A stretch of 64,000 bases of DNA. Source: an uncultured Gemmataceae bacterium. GTDB taxonomy: Bacteria > Planctomycetota > Planctomycetia > Gemmatales > Gemmataceae. Where the stretch lies: NCBI GenBank assembly GCA_963750165.1, contig CAVVPN010000012.1, positions 1,120,001 through 1,184,000 on the forward strand, in the 5' to 3' direction. The translations under genes were made by a program, and so were the position numbers. The stretch's first letter is position 1. Each line of letters opens with the position of its first letter. The notes beneath the pieces were generated by a model. That model ran no database searches and was not told the origin of the DNA. It saw only the letters and a program-made list of their open reading frames with translations. Positions 59,199 through 64,000 of this stretch are shown here, in pieces.

Positions 59199-61324
59199 CT
59201 ACCCGGCGGCGCCCGCCAGCTGCCGCAGTGCCGCGCTCGGCGTGAAGCGCGGCCCGTGTGCCTGCGCCAGCCGCTCCAGCGCCGTCACGATGTCGGCGAC
59301 GCCGCGCTGCCGGGCGTAGTGCAGCGGGCCGCCACGGTGCGGCGCCCAGCCCGCGCCCAGCACCAGCGCCAGATCCAGCGCGTCCGCGTTGTCCACCAGC
59401 CCTTCGCTCAGGCACAGCGCCGCCTCGTTGACGCTCAGCGTCACCAGCCGCTCGCGGGCCGCAGCCATCTCGTCGGCCGGCGTGCCGGTCACCGCGGTCG
59501 CCGTTGGGTCGCGCACCAGGGCCAGCACAGCGGGGTTCGGCCGCGGTTTGCCACGGCGGTGGCGGTAGAACCCCTGACCGCTCTTGGCGCCGAGCCAGCC
59601 GAGCGCCTGCATTTTCTCCAGCACGCCCGCCGCCGGCAGGCGGTCGCCGAAGACCGATTGCAGCGCCCGCGTCGCCGCCGCGGCCACGTCCAGGCCGACC
59701 TGGTCCAGCACCTCCAGCGGCCCGCGCGGCATACCGAAGCGTCGCAGCGCTTCATCGATCAGCTCGACGCGCATGCCGCCGCGCAACAGCAGCAGCGCCT
59801 CGTTGAAGTACGGCGCCAGCACCCGGTTGACGACGAAGCCGGGGCTGTCCTGGACGCGCACCGGCACCTTGCCGAGCTTGCCGACGAAGTCCGTCAGGCG
59901 GTCGCTGACCTCCGCCCGCGTCGCCGGCGTGCGCACCACCTCGACGAGCGGCATCTGATGGACGGGGTTGAAGAAGTGCAGTCCCGCGACGCGCCCGGAT
60001 GCTGCAACCCCTGCTGCAAGTCGGCGACCCGCAGTGACGAGGTGTTCGTCGCCAGGATGGTCGAGGGCGACGTGTGCTTTTCCAGGTCGCGGAAGACGGC
60101 CTGCTTGGCGGCCAGGTCCTCGACGATCACTTCAATCACCAGGTCCAGGTCGCCGAAGCCGCCCCAGTCCGACTTGACGTGCAGCCGCTTGTCGAGGCAA
60201 AGCTTCATCTCCTCAGCCGTGAGCAGGCCGACCTCCACCGCCTTGTTCATCAGGGCGTAGAGCCGAAACATGCCCAGGCCCAGGGCGGTCTTGTTCACCT
60301 CGCGCACCACCACGTCGCAGCTCTTGAGCAGCGCCAGCTGGATGATGCCGACGCCCATGACGCCGGCGCCGATGACACCGACGCGGCGAATGACCTCCGC
60401 CCGCGCTTCCGGCCGCGGCCTGCGTAGCTCCTCGTGCTGCAGGAACAGGCCGATGAGGTTGCGGCTCGCGTTCGATGTGGCCAGCCGGCCGACGGCGGCG
60501 CTCTCGGCGGCCAGGCCGGCATCGAAGCCCTGCGTCACGCCGGTGCAGACGGCGCGGAACGCTTCCCACGGCGCCGGCATGTCGTCGGGCACCTTGCGGG
60601 CCAGCACGTGCTCGGTGCCGCGAAAGAGAAAGCTGCGGCCCAGGCCGTTCGATTCCAGCAGCCACTGCCGCCAGGTCCGCAGCGGCAACCGCGTCAGCGG
60701 CCGCTTGACGGGGTGCTGCAGGACCGCCGGCGGCCCCTCGTCTGGCGTGTCCGCGGTGGCGTCGGCCAGGCCCCAGCGCAGCGCCTCGTCGGCCTTGAGG
60801 CGGCGGGCGCCGAGGATCATTTGCAGCCCGCGCTCCAGGCCGACGACGCGCGGCAGTCGCTGCGTGCCGCCCCAGGCGGGCAGCAGGCCCAGCTCGACCT
60901 CGGGCAGTCCCAGTTGCGTCCGCGGGTTGGCGATGACGACGCGGTAATCGCAGGCCAGCGCCAGTTCCAGGCCGCCGCCCAGGCAGGCGCCCTCGATCAT
61001 GGCGACGGTCGGCTGCGGCAGTGCCGCCAGTTTGGCGAACAGCTGCTGGCCGCGCTGCGACAGCCGCTGCGCCTCCTCTGCGGCCGCGACCGCGGCGAGT
61101 TCGCGCACGTCGGCACCGGCGATGAAGGTACCGGGCTTGCCGCTGCGGATCACCAGGAGACGGATGGACGTTTCGGCGGCGATGCGGTCGAGGGCCAGTT
61201 CGAGGTCGTCGAGGACCTGGCGCCCGAGGACGTTGACGCTGCGGCCGGGCACGTCGAGCACCAGGGCCGCGACGCCGTCCGCGAGTTGATTGACCCAGAG
61301 GGTCTGCGCTTGAAACCAGGCCAT
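59199..61324 (-). CDS. fadJ: Fatty-acid oxidation multifunctional enzyme, alpha subunit (enoyl-CoA hydratase/3-hydroxyacyl-CoA dehydrogenase; frameshift near 59990)
   Basis: FIAGAD, CLGGGLELALAC, LPEVELG...WGGTQRL, GAGVMG, TNTSSL, then HFFNP, PGFVVNR and GMPRGP in the next frame. Confidence 0.85.
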
Positions 61325-61635
61325 GCCGTCGCCCCCGCTCGTGCCCGTGAGGTCCGTCGGGGTCAGCGTAGCGGCTTTTCGCGGGGAAGCAACCGCCGCG
61401 GACGGCGCCCATCCGCGTTGCGTCTTCACACCCTTTGCCGGAGCGGTAGAATCCCAGGGTAGTCTGTCTGGCCGGCCGACCAGGCGCCGGCTTGTTTGGA
61501 GCGAACGAGCCGCGGTTCGCCGGGTTGCGCCAGCGCGGCGGCAGGGAAAAAGCTGACCGCCAGCGCGGCGACCAGCCAGCAAGCAACACTGCGATGCATG
61601 TCGAGTTCCTCAACAAGGGAAGTTCCATCGCCGCA

Positions 61636-62040
61636 TCAGGGAGCGCTCAGGGCAAACGGGTTGAGGTCATTCCGACCGGTCTGGATGGTGACTTTGGTGA
61701 AGGCTTTGGCGAGGCTGTCGTAGCGGCCGCGCAAGCGATCCCCTTTTTGAATCTCCTCGCCGCCGTTGATTTCGTACACCGGCCAGACGATTGTGACTGC
61801 GTATTCGCCGACCGGCACCCCGCCCTTGCCGCTCAGCTCAAAACTGCCGTCGGCCTGCGTCTCGGCGCTCGGGCGCAGCGGGGAGCCAGCGACCGGCACG
61901 AAGATCACCCTGGCCCGCGCCGCCGGCCGGCCGTTGACCAGCACCTTGCCGAAAACGGGATGTCGGTTCTCCGGTTGGGAGCAGCCCGCCAGGAGTGCCA
62001 GTGCCAAAACGCCACCTCGGAACCAGGGAGTTTTCGCCAT
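61636..62040 (-). CDS. Small lipoprotein, DUF1559 companion (carboxypeptidase-regulatory-like fold)
   Basis: LAGC lipobox; PVFGKVLVNGRPA...ADGSFEL...GEYAVTIVW. Confidence 0.8.
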   Translation of the reverse strand: MAKTPWFRGGVLALALLAGCSQPENRHPVFGKVLVNGRPAARARVIFVPVAGSPLRPSAETQADGSFELSGKGGVPVGEYAVTIVWPVYEINGGEEIQKGDRLRGRYDSLAKAFTKVTIQTGRNDLNPFALSAP

Positions 62041-62086
62041 CGCTTGCTGTACCCTTCCCAGCCTCAGACCGTACGGGGAGAAGTCA

Positions 62087-63083
62087 TCAATAGTCGGTGA
62101 CAGAAACAACCTCCCGGCCGTCGCGGCTGAACAGCTGCATCAAGGTGAGCACCGGGATGCTGGCGCTGATGAAGCGGACGCTGCCGTCGCAGAAGGCGAA
62201 GTTGGCGCCGCCGGAGTGGAAGGTGTAGACGCCCGCGGAGTTGTTGCAGTTGATCGAGCAGTCGGTGCCCGCCGCGGTCCCGGTCGCGTTGTAGCCGGTG
62301 ACGGCGTAGGCGTTGAACGACGCCCACGGCCCCCACCAGTACGGGTTCGACATGCCGGCGTTCGTCGCCTGCTGGACGCCCAGGATGTAATAATCCGGCC
62401 GGCCGGCGCACTCGTTCATGAGGATCGTGTTGGACGTGCCATCGACGATTTTGGCGATGGGGGTCGGGTTGCCGTACGGGTCGAGCGCGGGGCTCGTGCT
62501 GCCGACGCCCGTGACGTTCTGGACCGACCAGGGGGTGAAATAGTCGCCGTAATACGCGATCCCCGGCGCTGGCGGGGATGTCACAGTTGGTCGTACTGAA
62601 GCCGCTGGTGCCCAGCGCCACGGTCGTGGTCCGAAACCCGGACGGCGTCGCGGGGCACACGTACACGGAGATCGGCTGACTGACCACCGGCTGATTGACA
62701 CTCGCCGCCCAGTTGCCCCAGGTCGCCTTCGGATAAAATTGAAACTGCGAGTACAGGTTATCCTGTTCGATGTAGGGGAGCAACTCCACCCCCCAGCCGT
62801 GTCCGTTGGAAGCGGACCCCCCTGGCTGATCGATGGTCCCGGCCAGGGCACCGGAGGTCACGTAAATGACCCGGGCCGGCGGCAGCGATTTTTTGGCGTC
62901 CAGATAGGAATGCGTAGCCGTCCCGATCTGCTTGAGGTTGTTGGCGCATTGTGTTAACTGGGCCGCCGCGCGCACCTTCTGGACGGCGGGCAGGAGCAGG
63001 CCGATGAGGATGGCGATGATCGCAATCACCACCAGCAACTCGATCAGCGTGAACGCGGTGGGGGACGGGGACCGTTGGCGCAT
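62087..63083 (-). CDS. DUF1559 prepilin-type protein (frameshift near 62560)
   Basis: [29 protein letters not shown]...[16 protein letters not shown] and [14 protein letters not shown] (H-X9-DG) in the other frame. Confidence 0.9.
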
Positions 63084-63226
63084 GAAAACCTCCGAAAAGA
63101 ACAGCTTCGCGCGAAGAGCGTCCGGTAACGGGATCGACTCCCGCCGCACACTCCCGGGGAAAGCAAAAGCGCTTGTGCGAGCCCAGTCGTCAGGCCGGCG
63201 TTCCTGTTAGCGCGGATTGCAGGTGC

Positions 63227-63312
63227 GTGTAGCGGGTAGTAGGTCCGGCGAGCCGAGCCGGACCCGCAGCGGGTGCCGCTCGGCTCGCGGCACCTACCCC
63301 AGACCGCTACAC
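63227..63312. repeat. REP-like palindromic element
   Basis: gtgtagcgg...gtaggtccggcgagccgagccggaccc / gggtgccgctcggctcgcggcacctac...ccgctacac. Confidence 0.7.
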
Positions 63313-63577
63313 CCAACCGCAATCCGCTTTAAGCAAGTGACATACCAACCGCAGACCGCCGCTTTTCCCTGGTTTTCTGCGATCACCGGCGGGGGCGCCG
63401 GGTCAGGTGGTCAATCAGTAACCAGCGGCGGTCAACGGTCGGCCAACATGCGAGGAAGTGCCGTGAGAGAGGATCCTGGCGCTCACTTCAGCGGGCTCCT
63501 CGATCAACTCCGTCTTGCCGCCGCAACAGATGCACGGTCAGCCGCATCGGCTGAAAGGGAAATGGAAAGGGAAAAGA

Positions 63578-63627
63578 GGCGGAGTTCGATATTACGAATC
63601 TCAAAATTTGTAATATCGAACTCCGCC
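63578..63627. terminator. 18-bp stem hairpin flanked by A/T tracts
   Basis: ggcggagttcgatattac / gtaatatcgaactccgcc, with gaaaag on the left and ttttt on the right. Confidence 0.55.
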
Positions 63628-63763
63628 CCCTTTTTCGGGTCAGTGCAACTCCAGCACTTTTTTCAGACAGTCCTCGATCTGCCGGATGATCCCGTTGAGG
63701 TAGTCGGCCTGGACAACGAGGGCCGGGCAGGACAGGCAGGGTTCGTTGCCTCTTCTTTGCGCT

Positions 63764-64000
63764 TCAGCAGCGCCAGGCGCGACGCCCCGAGGCCGCGGGC
63801 TGGATGTGGTGATTCCCGCTGATTGTCCACCGGAAGGATTCAAGGAAGGTGGCGGGGACGGCGGGCGGAGCGGGAGGACGCTCATACGTCAGCCAGGAGA
63901 ACCCCAGGCATACGACCGCCAACGTGCCGGTGCCGGCCAGCAATTCCACAAAAACCCACGGGTCGCCGGCAGCCATCCGGGCGACGATGTTCGGCAGACA
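63764..64000 (-). CDS. 3' part of a hypothetical membrane protein (enters from the window end)
   Basis: Open frame with hydrophobic segment WVFVELLAGTGTLAVVCLGFSWL; it may extend to 63640 through a frameshift. Confidence 0.35.
   Translation of the reverse strand, partial: CLPNIVARMAAGDPWVFVELLAGTGTLAVVCLGFSWLTYERPPAPPAVPATFLESFRWTISGNHHIQPAASGRRAWRC

Overview
High-GC bacterial chromosomal window that looks like a Planctomycete, probably Gemmataceae-like. That call rests on family content: a DUF1552/DUF1592 cytochrome pair, a DUF1559 prepilin-like gene with its companion lipoprotein, DUF1570, ECF sigma factors with WD40 extensions or paired with a Ser/Thr kinase, a sulfatase, an FGE-domain protein and pabB-DUF447. 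No rRNA, tRNA, CRISPR array, reverse transcriptase or intact transposase was recognised. About a dozen single-base frameshifts break otherwise intact genes, most likely from sequencing or assembly indels. Most notable: (1) a signalling cluster of repeat-based binders, including a membrane Ser/Thr kinase with exactly 28 WD40 repeats (conserved scaffold, variable surface positions) next to a phosphorylation-type ECF sigma factor; (2) a family of small terminal-inverted-repeat elements with shared ends but different cargo, either a REP-like palindrome pair or a 110-bp tandem unit that could encode a 37-aa peptide; (3) a 551-bp internally deleted ISAzo13 derivative with perfect 30-bp TIRs; (4) palindromic repeats translated in frame inside apbE and a lysophospholipase gene; (5) a ~91%-identical duplicate of a dehydrogenase 3' end flanking a small insert, next to an orphan immunity gene and a Fic gene; (6) an RND efflux/two-component locus with cop-box-like operators. 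All family assignments come from motif recognition by eye, not database searches.
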